DNA of 64,000 nucleotides from Chloroflexota bacterium (lineage in GTDB: Bacteria > Chloroflexota > Anaerolineae > Aggregatilineales > J027), in assembly GCA_024434115.1 (NCBI GenBank), contig QMIT01000004.1, forward strand, positions 106,632 through 170,631, written 5' to 3'. Shown here piece after piece: positions 39,711-49,255 of the stretch (its first letter is position 1; every line of letters begins with the position of its first letter). Both the position numbers and the translations under genes were made by a program. The notes beneath the pieces were generated by a model that was not told the origin of the DNA, did not search any database, and saw only the letters and a list, made by a program, of their open reading frames with translations.

Positions 39711-41612
39711 ATGAGCGACTTTAACATCAACACCCATGAGTGGTATCATCCCGCCCCTTCCATCATCGAAAACGCCCATATCCGCGATTACGAAGAAGTC
39801 TATAAACGTGCCGCCGCCGACCCCGAAGCGTTTTGGGCCGAACAAGCCAGCGAATTGCACTGGTTCGCCCCATGGGAAAAAGTCCTTGACACCAGCAATG
39901 CGCCCTTTTTTAAATGGTTCGTGGGTGGCAAAACCAACATCGCCTATAACGCGCTTGATCGTCACGTCAAAACATGGCGCAAAAATAAATTGGCGCTGAT
40001 TTGGGAAGGTGAACCCGGCGATCAGCATACCTACAGCTATTGGCGCTTGTGGCAAGAAACCAATAAATTCGCCAATGTCCTCCGCAGCATGGGCGTTCGT
40101 AAAGGGGATCGGGTCACCATTTACATGGGGCGCGTGCCCGAATTGGTCATAGCCATGCTCGCCTGTGCCAAAATTGGTGCGATTCACTCCGTCGTCTATG
40201 GCGGATTCAGCGAACATGCCCTTGCAGATCGTATCGAAGACGCCCAAAGTCGTGTCGTAGTTACCCAAGACGGCTCGTGGCTGCGTGGGCAGATTGTCGA
40301 ACTGAAAAAAGTCGTGGATGAAGCGGTTCATCGTCAGCCAATTGTGGAAACGGTGATTGTCTTTAAGCGCACCGGACACGGTGTCAAAATGGAACAGGGC
40401 CGTGATTATTGGTGGCATGATTTGATGGGCCTGCCCATTGCCAGCACCCAATATGAAACCGAAGTCATGGACGCCGAAGACCCCCTGTTTATCCTTTACA
40501 CCAGCGGTACAACGGGCAAACCCAAAGGTGTCTTACATACACATGGCGGCTATCAGGTCTACACCAGCACCACCCTCAAATGGGTCTTTGATGTGAACGA
40601 CGATGATCGTTATTGGTGTGCCGCCGACCCCGGCTGGATTACGGGGCACAGCTATATCGTCTATGCCCCATTGATTTTAGGCGCGACAGGCTTCTTGTAT
40701 GAAGGCGCTCCCAATCATCCCTACCCCAACCGCTGGTGGAAGATGATTGAATATTACGGCATCAGCATCCTCTATACCGCCCCCACCGCCATTCGCGGAT
40801 TAATGCGTTTTGGTGAGGCATGGCCCAATCGCCATAACCTCAGCAGTTTGCGCTTGCTTGGCTCAGTGGGTGAACCCATCAACCCCGAAGCATGGAAATG
40901 GTATCATCGTGTCATCGGCAAGGAACGCTGCCCCATCATGGATACATGGTGGCAGACCGAAACCGGCGGTTTTATGATTACCCCCTTACCCTCTGTTGGC
41001 CTCAAACCCGGCAGCGCCACCCGCCCCTTCCCCGGTATCGAAATTGATATTGTGGACGACAACGGCAATCCTTGCCCGCCCGGTGTGGATGGCAAGCTGG
41101 TCATCAAGAAACCGTGGCCCAGTATGTTGCGTACCGTCTATGGCGACGACCAGCGTTATGTGGATCAATATTGGAAAGCCTATGCGAAACAGGGCTGGTA
41201 TCTCGCGGGTGACTCGGCCCGTTTTGACGAAGATGGTTATGTCTGGATTATTGGCCGTATTGATGATGTAATCAAAGTCAGTGGGTATCGTTTAGGCACT
41301 GCCGAAATTGAATCCGGTTTGGTGAGTCATGCCGCCGTCTCGGAAGCCGCTGTGATTGGTGTACCAGATGAAATCAAAGGCAGCGTCATTTATGCCTATT
41401 GCATTCTACGGCAGGGTTGGGAAGCCAACAGTGAATTGGTGGATAAGCTGAAAGAACATATCCGCCACGAAGTTGGCCCGATTGCCGTACCAAGCAAAAT
41501 CGAATTTGTGGATAAACTTCCCAAGACCCGCAGCGGTAAAATTATGCGGCGTGTGTTAAAAGCACAGGCACAAGGTTTGCCGTTAGGTGATTTGAGTACA
41601 CTTGAGGAATAA
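39711..41612 (+). CDS. acs: Acetate--CoA ligase (AMP-forming acetyl-CoA synthetase)
   Basis: YTSGTTGKPKG, GWITGHSY, VGEPINP, DTWWQTETGG, LPKTRSGKIMRR. Confidence 0.95.
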   Translation: MSDFNINTHEWYHPAPSIIENAHIRDYEEVYKRAAADPEAFWAEQASELHWFAPWEKVLDTSNAPFFKWFVGGKTNIAYNALDRHVKTWRKNKLALIWEGEPGDQHTYSYWRLWQETNKFANVLRSMGVRKGDRVTIYMGRVPELVIAMLACAKIGAIHSVVYGGFSEHALADRIEDAQSRVVVTQDGSWLRGQIVELKKVVDEAVHRQPIVETVIVFKRTGHGVKMEQGRDYWWHDLMGLPIASTQYETEVMDAEDPLFILYTSGTTGKPKGVLHTHGGYQVYTSTTLKWVFDVNDDDRYWCAADPGWITGHSYIVYAPLILGATGFLYEGAPNHPYPNRWWKMIEYYGISILYTAPTAIRGLMRFGEAWPNRHNLSSLRLLGSVGEPINPEAWKWYHRVIGKERCPIMDTWWQTETGGFMITPLPSVGLKPGSATRPFPGIEIDIVDDNGNPCPPGVDGKLVIKKPWPSMLRTVYGDDQRYVDQYWKAYAKQGWYLAGDSARFDEDGYVWIIGRIDDVIKVSGYRLGTAEIESGLVSHAAVSEAAVIGVPDEIKGSVIYAYCILRQGWEANSELVDKLKEHIRHEVGPIAVPSKIEFVDKLPKTRSGKIMRRVLKAQAQGLPLGDLSTLEE

Positions 41613-41618
41613 ACCAAC

Positions 41619-42200
41619 ATGCAAGATCCAAATCGGGGCCGGCGAACAACCCGTTCCCCCAAATCTTCCCCACCTGCCAAACGTCCCTCTCAGTCGTATC
41701 GTGACCCACGCCGCGACGAAGCACCGGATGAGTATGATGATCCGCGCTATGAACGGTATGCCGACAGTGAGGCAAGTCCAGCCCGCAAGCGAGGCGGGTT
41801 TAGCCTCAATTGGCAGGATATTCTGTTCGTAGGGTTGCTCGTATTGGCAGCGGCACGCGGAGCTAGGAATAAGGATGGGGATGGCTGTTTGCCCGGCAAA
41901 GGCTGCCAGCGGGTAACACTTTTGCTCGTCACCAGTGCCGCCCTCATTGGTGGTGCAATCTACCTTTCCAGCATTGACCAAAACACCTTTAGCAATCAGT
42001 TCATCGGTGGGATGGCCTGCATCGGCACGCTTTTATGTTTTGCAAGTGCGGGTACGCTGTTGCTGGTCTTGTTTGGCATCATCCGCCTTGTCAATCTTGA
42101 TCTAACGCCTGATAACGCCATGAATAAAGCCGGAGGGTTGCTAGGCAGTGATGGATTGCTAAACGATGTGTTGGGGGGGCTGTTTAGTAATAAACGCTAG
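41619..42200 (+). CDS. Hypothetical membrane protein
   Basis: Charged low-complexity N-terminus followed by 2-3 TM helices; starts 6 nt after acs. Confidence 0.6.
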   Translation: MQDPNRGRRTTRSPKSSPPAKRPSQSYRDPRRDEAPDEYDDPRYERYADSEASPARKRGGFSLNWQDILFVGLLVLAAARGARNKDGDGCLPGKGCQRVTLLLVTSAALIGGAIYLSSIDQNTFSNQFIGGMACIGTLLCFASAGTLLLVLFGIIRLVNLDLTPDNAMNKAGGLLGSDGLLNDVLGGLFSNKR

Positions 42201-42271
42201 ATTCGGGACACATCAAGCAACGAGCCTTGTACCCAATCGTTTCTTAAAAATCACGGGAGACGTCACGAACA

Positions 42272-43552
42272 GTGGAAGATAATCCAGTTATCGCCCTGTT
42301 TCTCGTACTCGGCATCATGATTATCGCCTCCCGCATTGGTGGCACCCTAGCTCGCCGATTCCGTCAACCGCGCGTCTTAGGGGAGCTAATTGTCGGCATT
42401 TTGCTTGGCCCGACTATGCTCGACCTCCTCCATCTAAATCTATTCGATCTAAAACAGGCCCAACTCAGCGAGACCATTCATCAACTCGCTGAGTTGGGTG
42501 TACTGCTGCTAATGTTCAAAGTCGGCTTGGATGTCCACCTAAAGGAACTTGCCAAAGTCGGCAACGTCGCGGCTGTGGCAGGCTTGGTTGGCGCAATCCT
42601 CCCTGTTCTCATGACTCTGCCATTAGCAATGGTGTTTGGTGAAAGATGGCAACCTGCCCTACTCGCAGGGGTTGTATTATCCGCTACTTCGGTGAGCATT
42701 TCAGCACAGGTACTGCTCGAAATCGGTGTCCTACGTACCAAAGAAGGCAATGCTCTGCTTGCGGCGGCACTGGTAGATGATATAGCCGCTATTTTGCTGG
42801 TATCATTGGCAATCCCTATTACCAGTGGAGGTCAAATCCACGCGGCAGAATTGGCCGAAATCGTGTTACGGATGGCGCTCTATCTAGTGGGTGCTTTTAC
42901 CGTAGCGTGGTTCAGTATCCCCCGTCTCATCAACTGGCTCAATCAATGGCCTGACATCAAGGCATCGTATGGGATACCAGCTATCGCATTGGTTTTGGCA
43001 CTCTTTTTTGGCTGGTCAGCGGCCTATCTGGGAGGAGTCGCAAGTATCACCGGGGCATTTATCGCCGGTTTGGGCCTTAGCCGCGCCCATGAAAGCGTCA
43101 AACGTCAGATAGATGTTGCCACCACCAACATTGCCTATGCCTTTTTAGTACCCGTTTTTTTTATCAGCGTTGGCCTTCAAACCGATCTCAGCACCTTTCC
43201 ATTAAGTGCCCTCCCCTTTGCCATCCTACTTTTAATCGTAGCCGTCGCCTCCAAAGTTTTGGGCTGCGGCGTCGGGGCGAACCTGACAGGGTTCACGCGC
43301 CAAGAATCGCTGCGCTTAGGGGTGTGTATGGTTTCACGCGGCGAGGTCGGCTTGATTATCGCCTCACTGGGCCTAAGCAGTGGAGTTTTTATCGCTGATG
43401 ACCCGCTGTTTGCATCGTTATTTTTGGTGATTATACTGACAACCGTGATGACACCCCCGCTGGTACGTCGGTCTTTTCACGAATCCGCACCTGTTCGAGA
43501 GGTCAATCGAAATTATGTCCAAACTGGTAGTCCTGATTACCGCCCGGATTGA
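42272..43552 (+). CDS. Cation:proton antiporter (CPA2, NapA/KefB-like)
   Basis: QPRVLGELIVGILLGP, SATSVSI, AALVDD, SRGEVGLIIA. Confidence 0.92.
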   Translation: MEDNPVIALFLVLGIMIIASRIGGTLARRFRQPRVLGELIVGILLGPTMLDLLHLNLFDLKQAQLSETIHQLAELGVLLLMFKVGLDVHLKELAKVGNVAAVAGLVGAILPVLMTLPLAMVFGERWQPALLAGVVLSATSVSISAQVLLEIGVLRTKEGNALLAAALVDDIAAILLVSLAIPITSGGQIHAAELAEIVLRMALYLVGAFTVAWFSIPRLINWLNQWPDIKASYGIPAIALVLALFFGWSAAYLGGVASITGAFIAGLGLSRAHESVKRQIDVATTNIAYAFLVPVFFISVGLQTDLSTFPLSALPFAILLLIVAVASKVLGCGVGANLTGFTRQESLRLGVCMVSRGEVGLIIASLGLSSGVFIADDPLFASLFLVIILTTVMTPPLVRRSFHESAPVREVNRNYVQTGSPDYRPD

Positions 43553-43868
43553 AGAGGGTCACACTGTTGGGGAGGCATGGCAGCAAGCAGGGGCGCCAGG
43601 AGTGACACTCATCGAAGGTCATGGCCTCCGCCGTATCCAAGAAGCCACCCAGCATACCGAAATTCTATCCGGCACGTTTTCACTCCTTGAGGTCTTTAAA
43701 CAGGTAGACATCAGTAGCTTGATTATTTTTACAGTGTTGGACGAAGATTGGCTGGTAGATCGTATCCTTGACACCACTGAAAAAATACTGGGTGATCTAC
43801 GTCAGGCCAATAATGGTATCGCCTTTGTTATCAATCTGGAACGCACTGTCGGGATCAATCGCTACTGA
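43515..43868 (+). CDS. PII-like small protein
   Basis: AG.PGVTLIEG.G and C-terminal G.L...NGIAFVI.LE...G pattern of the PII superfamily. GAGG RBS; 38-nt overlap with the antiporter. Confidence 0.75.
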   Translation: MSKLVVLITARIEEGHTVGEAWQQAGAPGVTLIEGHGLRRIQEATQHTEILSGTFSLLEVFKQVDISSLIIFTVLDEDWLVDRILDTTEKILGDLRQANNGIAFVINLERTVGINRY

Positions 43869-44342
43869 AAGTGGCAAATGGGTTATATAACCCACCTTCA
43901 TAATTTGACCAAGGACGACCTCTCCACAGGTTGTTTTTAGTTCCCCTGCCTACCCTTCATTGATACCAGTCCACAAGTGTCAAAAATTCTTCAGTTTCAC
44001 CCTCAAAGAGCCTATTGTCTTAAAAATTCAATGTGAAATCTCCCATATCCTTACAAATAAAAGCACGCTGTTAACTTTGCAATCGCATGATCTTCAATGT
44101 TGATCAACATTATTTGTGTATATTGACAAATCAAGTATGGGTCATTTGTGCATCTTGCCAAAAAATGATTTTTTAAATTTCTTTACCATGTTTCTATAAA
44201 AAAATTTAGCATCCAAAACATTAGCGCCAAGCAAAAGTTATTTGGTTAGAAGATCATTTTAGGCGCTCAACCAAAGCTATACCGTAATTACCTATTTCCT
44301 CTCTTACATACCTAACCGATCAATATAGTAAGGTGGAGCCAT

Positions 44343-45902
44343 ATGTCAAACTATTTAGAACCTGAAAAAGTACCATCCGCCAATCTATTGATGGGTTATG
44401 TGCAATCCATCCCCACCGAAGCCCTTACCAAGTGGCTCCCCGACAACCCCTACGCTAGGAAATTAACCATCTGGGCAACAAGCGTAATTCTCACGGGGCT
44501 GTTCGCGGCAATGCTACTCCCTAACGGGGACATGGCCGTTGCCTTCACCGCTTTGATTACTGCCGTCGTCGGTACTATTCTGTTTGGCGAAGAGCGGATG
44601 CCATTGGTTGTTGTAGGTCTAATGATGCTCCCATTAGGTGGCCTCGGCGATTTTCACGGCATTGTCGAAAACATGGAGTGGGTGCTGTTCATCAAACTTG
44701 TGGCCCTGCTCACTTGGGTTGATTTTTTGAACCACACCAAATATTTTGAACATCTGATTGAACGCTATTTACCCCGTCAATTGCATGGTTTCCCTCTGAT
44801 TGCCCTTTTATGTGTACTAGCCGCCTTCTCTGCCGCTTTGATTGATGAGGTCAACTCCATTGTGCTGTGGTATTTTGTAACCAAGGCGATTATCGGTTTT
44901 ACCCCCAAAGGCAAGCTAAGATTAAAAGCCGCTTCATGGACAGCAATTGTGATTTTGTTGGTAAGTGCGACCAATATCGGCTCACAATTTTTGCCATTGG
45001 GGAATCCAGTCGGCATTGCCATTTCGGTCATCTCTGGCTTATCAGCAGTAGATTTTATTACCTACGCATGGCTACCGGGAATCGTAACCCTCGTCTATTT
45101 CAACGTGCGGGTTCGCTATAAATTCAGAAGCCTTATCTGGGAATTCAAATCCGTCACCGTCGAAGACTCCGATTTTGAAGTTTTAGAAGAACACATGGAT
45201 CAGTACGAAGTCGTGGAATACGAGGAAACACCGACGAGCAATGCAACCCACCCTGTTGAGCATAAAGCTGTGCCGATTCCAATTCTTCACAGTCTATTCG
45301 GCATCGGGGTCATTGGTTTGGTATTGGCAACTCCTGTCTCCAACTTTCTCAACTACAGTCCAGAAACTGGCTTGGGCATCTTCGTTCTAGCCCTATTCGC
45401 TGGCACGCTGTTCGTTGGCAGCGGCTTCGGGCGTCATACCGAGCTTGTTCTGCGCGAACTCCCGTGGAATACCTTGTTCTTCATCGTCTTTTTGTTCGGG
45501 ATTGCGCATGGCCTAGAAACCAGTGGCCTAACGGAATCAGCCGCCGAGCAAATTTATTCTACTTTTGGGACGAATGAAATTGCGGTCAGAATTGTCATCG
45601 TGCTGGTCGCCGCGTTGGTAACGGCCTTTATGGACAACGTGATCGCGGTCGCGGTGATTGCGCCAATCATTATTGCGCTAGGAGATCGTGGTTTTGAAAC
45701 GCATGGGCTGTGGTTCTCGTTGCTTTCAGCAGCAGTAGTCGCAGGCAATTTGACCCCCATCGGCAGCACCGCCAACATTATCGCCAATGCCAAAGTGAAA
45801 TCAAGTTGGAGTACATGGTGGAAAACGGGTGGCATATTAGCCGTCGAGTGCTTAATCATAAATCAAGTGCTGCTCTATCTATGGGAACAGATCATCCGCT
45901 GA
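44343..45902 (+). CDS. ArsB/NhaD/SLC13 (ion transporter superfamily) permease
   Basis: SAALIDEV, ATNIGS..LPLGNP.GI, AFMDNV, AGNLTPIGSTANII. AAGGTGGAG RBS. Confidence 0.88.
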   Translation: MSNYLEPEKVPSANLLMGYVQSIPTEALTKWLPDNPYARKLTIWATSVILTGLFAAMLLPNGDMAVAFTALITAVVGTILFGEERMPLVVVGLMMLPLGGLGDFHGIVENMEWVLFIKLVALLTWVDFLNHTKYFEHLIERYLPRQLHGFPLIALLCVLAAFSAALIDEVNSIVLWYFVTKAIIGFTPKGKLRLKAASWTAIVILLVSATNIGSQFLPLGNPVGIAISVISGLSAVDFITYAWLPGIVTLVYFNVRVRYKFRSLIWEFKSVTVEDSDFEVLEEHMDQYEVVEYEETPTSNATHPVEHKAVPIPILHSLFGIGVIGLVLATPVSNFLNYSPETGLGIFVLALFAGTLFVGSGFGRHTELVLRELPWNTLFFIVFLFGIAHGLETSGLTESAAEQIYSTFGTNEIAVRIVIVLVAALVTAFMDNVIAVAVIAPIIIALGDRGFETHGLWFSLLSAAVVAGNLTPIGSTANIIANAKVKSSWSTWWKTGGILAVECLIINQVLLYLWEQIIR

Positions 45903-45918
45903 TTAATCCACCTCATAC

Positions 45919-45944
45919 AAGCCCATCTTAGCAAAGGTGGGTTT
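45919..45944 (+). terminator. Terminator after the permease
   Basis: AAGCCCATCTT-AGCA-AAGGTGGGTTT. Confidence 0.7.
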
Positions 45945-46073
45945 CGTTCATTTCTCCTGCCAATCTCCATACAAATGCGAATTCATACCAAGATGGATGG
46001 CTTGTGAGTTTTTGTTGGGCCAAAAATGTTGAGGGATTGGGAGTTTCTGGATTTTGGTGGGGGATTTATGGCT

Positions 46074-46096
46074 AGAGCAGAGGATTTATCTGCTCT
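46074..46096. terminator. Hairpin just downstream of the tRNA
   Basis: AGAGCAGA/TCTGCTCT 8-bp stem. Confidence 0.55.
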
Positions 46097-46107
46097 TTAT
46101 TATTTAG

Positions 46108-46179
46108 CTGTGGGACCTGGACTCGAACCAGGACTAATGGATCCAGAGTCCACTGTTCTGCCGATTAAACTATCCCACA
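46108..46179 (-). tRNA. tRNA-Gln (anticodon CTG)
   Basis: Reverse complement TGTGGGA-TA-GTTT..AGAAC-A-GTGGA-CTCTGGA-TCCAT-..-CCTGG-TTCGAGT-CCAGG-TCCCACA-G folds into a cloverleaf. CCA is not encoded. Confidence 0.96.
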
Positions 46180-46198
46180 CTATTTGGTTGTGAATCGC

Positions 46199-46227
46199 AT
46201 TGTAGCATGGTCAGACCCCACTGACAA
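46199..46227 (-). promoter_or_regulatory. Sigma70-type promoter of tRNA-Gln
   Basis: TTGTCA-N17-TACAAT with TG extension, about 20 nt upstream of the tRNA. Confidence 0.8.
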
Positions 46228-46242
46228 GGGTGTTCACGCTGA

Positions 46243-47025
46243 CTATTCGGGCCGATACACGAAACCGGGACTACCCAAATACATCCCCCCATCCATATTG
46301 ATGCACAACCCTTCGGCATAAATATACGGAGTTGAGATCATCTCCGATGGCAGGCCTGACATTTTGGTAATGGGGGTGTGCCCATGAATAATCTGTCGGG
46401 TGCGGCTGTCCCCATACCGCTGCATGAACTCGGCGGCTCGGCTGAAATCCCGAAAGGTGAAACGCTCGGCAAAATCTTCTAACAGCCGATCTAGGCCTTC
46501 GGTATCTTTGTCTTCAAACAACTGGTGGAAAACGAAATTAACTTCATCAATCGTCCGGCCATAGCGGGTATAAAACCACGCATCGGCGTGAACTACCAGC
46601 AGCTTGCCCAGCGTGAGCATGGCGGGTAACTGCATCAACCAATCAATATGTGAAACCTTTAGCCGTTCCAAATCAGAGGTCTTGCCGCCATTACGCCGCC
46701 AATTTGCCAAAAACGTTGAGCCATCATAGGCCAACACTGCCTGCGGAAAAAAATGAACGGCCACCATAATCAGATCATGGTTGCCTAATACGGCCAATAC
46801 CTGCCCGCCTGCATCAGCCGCCTCGTGCTGCAAACGCATGACAAAATCAATCGTACCGATGCCATCTGGCCCACGATCTACAAAATCCCCCATAAAACAT
46901 AGCGTCGCCTCGTGCCCTGCCCAATGGAGCTTTTCATCTATCAATTTCGCATTTCGCAGCAACGTCGTAAGTTTGTCTAAATGCCCGTGCACATCCCCGA
47001 CAAAATAAGTATTCCCCATATCCAC
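46243..47025 (-). CDS. Calcineurin-like metallophosphoesterase (Shewanella-like PPP phosphatase)
   Basis: GDVHG, GDFVDRG, GNHD, GHTP, MDGG. Confidence 0.88.
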   Translation of the reverse strand: MDMGNTYFVGDVHGHLDKLTTLLRNAKLIDEKLHWAGHEATLCFMGDFVDRGPDGIGTIDFVMRLQHEAADAGGQVLAVLGNHDLIMVAVHFFPQAVLAYDGSTFLANWRRNGGKTSDLERLKVSHIDWLMQLPAMLTLGKLLVVHADAWFYTRYGRTIDEVNFVFHQLFEDKDTEGLDRLLEDFAERFTFRDFSRAAEFMQRYGDSRTRQIIHGHTPITKMSGLPSEMISTPYIYAEGLCINMDGGMYLGSPGFVYRPE

Positions 47026-47034
47026 CTCAACATG

Positions 47035-48132
47035 TTATGCCAGTGCTGGCGACTGTTCCTCTTTGTGTCGTTCATATGCCTGAATTTCGGCCTCCAAACT
47101 CGGCGGAAAGAGGCGTTTACGAAAAATCAGCGCCAGAACAATCCCAACCATCACTCCGAACCACACTTGGAAAATGCCAATCATCAAGACGGCGGCTCCT
47201 GTCGCGCTTTTTTCCATCACCACAATGCCGGACAGCATCGCGCCCACCGTCAGTTCGCGCCCACCTGCCCCGCCCGGCAATGCACTCAACGCCGACACCA
47301 CCACTGAAAAGCCAAGAATAAACACCGCTTGTACAAACAACGCCGTTGAAGCTGTTTCACCCAGCCCCAACAACATCAAGTAAAATCCAACGCAGTCGCA
47401 AAAATAAGCCCCGACACCAAACCCAACTGTCCGGGTAATATGACGCAGGTGAGCCATTTCATAGCTACTCTCATAGATCACGTGTAGCGACTGCTGGAAT
47501 CGGCCTATAAAGGGCAAATAGGCTATCCATCTAATGAGTACCAGTGCCAATGGGCGTACCTGCACCACTGCAATCACCAGCGTCATAAAGACAATTGCAA
47601 ATACGATGAGGCCCCGCACATAACCCTGACTGATGGCATCCGACTCGAATAAATCACCACCACCGATCAAGGCGGAAACCATTACCAAAAGCACCACCGC
47701 GAGTCCATCTACCAGCCGTTCCGCGATAATAATTGGGACTGTCCGCGTGGCGGGTACTCCGGTCATATTTTTGAACACCAGTGCCTTGATGACCTCGGCT
47801 GCCTTGCCCGGACTCAATGCAAGGGGCAGGCTTGCCAACCACAAAATGAAGCTGTCCTGTAGCTTTACCGTCGCAGGTTGGGTTTCGGTTGCGGGTTGTG
47901 TTTCCCCACGTAGCGTGGCATTAACCCCAATAACGCGCAAAAAATACTGCCATTCACAATAGCGCAGCACCCAATTGACAAGTTTGAGGCCAATAACGGG
48001 CAGGAATATCCACAATGGAAATTCACCCAATTTTTTGGCTAGGTCACGGGCATTGAAGAAAACAATCACCCCAACCACCACTGCCAGCATAAAAATGAGG
48101 CTGCCAATGATTTGATTTCGATATTTTCGCAT
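47035..48132 (-). CDS. Lysylphosphatidylglycerol synthase TM-domain / flippase-like protein
   Basis: R..EW.YFL, SPGKAAEVIK, AERLVD, LPGGAGGRE. Start is uncertain (track start 48201). Confidence 0.82.
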   Translation of the reverse strand: MRKYRNQIIGSLIFMLAVVVGVIVFFNARDLAKKLGEFPLWIFLPVIGLKLVNWVLRYCEWQYFLRVIGVNATLRGETQPATETQPATVKLQDSFILWLASLPLALSPGKAAEVIKALVFKNMTGVPATRTVPIIIAERLVDGLAVVLLVMVSALIGGGDLFESDAISQGYVRGLIVFAIVFMTLVIAVVQVRPLALVLIRWIAYLPFIGRFQQSLHVIYESSYEMAHLRHITRTVGFGVGAYFCDCVGFYLMLLGLGETASTALFVQAVFILGFSVVVSALSALPGGAGGRELTVGAMLSGIVVMEKSATGAAVLMIGIFQVWFGVMVGIVLALIFRKRLFPPSLEAEIQAYERHKEEQSPALA

Positions 48133-48328
48133 TTTTGCATACTCGCATATTTGCCTATAGATGCCTTTATCAGCATAGACGACCTTGCACATCAGCGTCA
48201 ATGTCTAAACTTCTCAGAGGGATAGATAGAAAGTTGCGAAAAGGCCCATTTCTCGCCATACTAGACATTCGTTGAGTGTTATCCTTCTATTATTTTTTAC
48301 TTTTCTTGGGTAAGGAGTCTGGTCATTC

Positions 48329-49210
48329 ATGGCAAGTCGCCCTATTACAGTCGGCACATATAATGTCAACAACCTGTTTGACCGTTTTGACGATCCCTAT
48401 AGTTACAGTGATGACACTTGGAGTCCAAAGGCTACCAAAGCCAAAGACCTTGACCAACTCTTCCAATTAGGTCAGCGCCTACGTGAAGATGAACCAGATG
48501 TATTGGCGATGCAAGAAGTCGAGGACAAAGGCGTTCTGTATGAATTTAATGTTGCCCAGTTAGGACGCCATTTTAAAGATTTGGCACTGATTCCCGGCAA
48601 CGACCCACGTGGCATTGATGTGGCACTTGCCAGCACCCTGCCCCTCGGCCAAGTGGTGTCCTATCAATTTATCCGTGACAAAGACACTGGGCGCAAGTTA
48701 TTCTCGCGGGATCTGCTCGAAGTCGAAGTGATGCACCCGGATAACCCCTATCAGCGGTTATTTACCATTTTTGTCAACCATTTCAAAAGTAAATTTATTG
48801 ACCCCAAAGTCAAAGCGGCGGATCGTCCAGCGGCAGAAGCCGAAAATGACCGCTTGCGGTGGAAACAAGCCACTGCTGTCGCCCAAATTGTCAAAGCGCG
48901 TTTCCCCAACCCCAACGACTTTTTTATCATCGCAGGTGATCTAAACGACACTCCCGATGCGGCGACCCTTGCGCCCCTGTTGCGCGACCCCCAACTGCGT
49001 TTATTTAACGTGCTAGATTTGGTTCAAGATACTTCCAAACGCTGGACACACTATTGGAAAGCCCAAAAGGAATATAGCCAGCTAGATTATTTGCTGCTTT
49101 CCCCCGCCCTTGCCCAGTATATTGTGCCGGGGTCGGTACAGGTCGTTCAAAAAGGATCTATCGGGGGATCAGATCACCGCCCAGTGTATGTCAAACTACA
49201 ACTCTTTTGA
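48329..49210 (+). CDS. Endonuclease/exonuclease/phosphatase family protein
   Basis: TYNVNNLFD, QEVE, NHFKSK, GDLND, LDYLL, SDHRPV. AAGGAG RBS. Confidence 0.92.
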   Translation: MASRPITVGTYNVNNLFDRFDDPYSYSDDTWSPKATKAKDLDQLFQLGQRLREDEPDVLAMQEVEDKGVLYEFNVAQLGRHFKDLALIPGNDPRGIDVALASTLPLGQVVSYQFIRDKDTGRKLFSRDLLEVEVMHPDNPYQRLFTIFVNHFKSKFIDPKVKAADRPAAEAENDRLRWKQATAVAQIVKARFPNPNDFFIIAGDLNDTPDAATLAPLLRDPQLRLFNVLDLVQDTSKRWTHYWKAQKEYSQLDYLLLSPALAQYIVPGSVQVVQKGSIGGSDHRPVYVKLQLF

Positions 49211-49255
49211 TTGCTGCTTTTTTATGTCGTTTTCGAGATTGGGAGGTTCTGAAAC

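Noticed and set aside
39675-40451. Long antisense ORFs (also 32391-33188, 3633-4343, 26518-27252, 50674-51291)
   Set aside because: Shadow ORFs opposite well-conserved genes, with no recognisable motifs.
44223-44285. SAM-II/SAM-V-like pseudoknot riboswitch
   Set aside because: Conserved nucleotides and their order do not match, and the downstream gene is not methionine-related.
45945-46070. Weak inverted repeats between the permease terminator and the tRNA
   Set aside because: Short imperfect pairings with no promoter or family resemblance.
46105-46108. tRNA lacks encoded CCA (ends G-CTA)
   Set aside because: Common in bacteria with a CCA-adding enzyme; the cloverleaf and promoter are intact.
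42272-46179. Possible genomic island integrated at the tRNA-Gln 3' end
   Set aside because: No integrase and no duplicated tRNA 3' end (att site) found by eye; only a mild AT shift.
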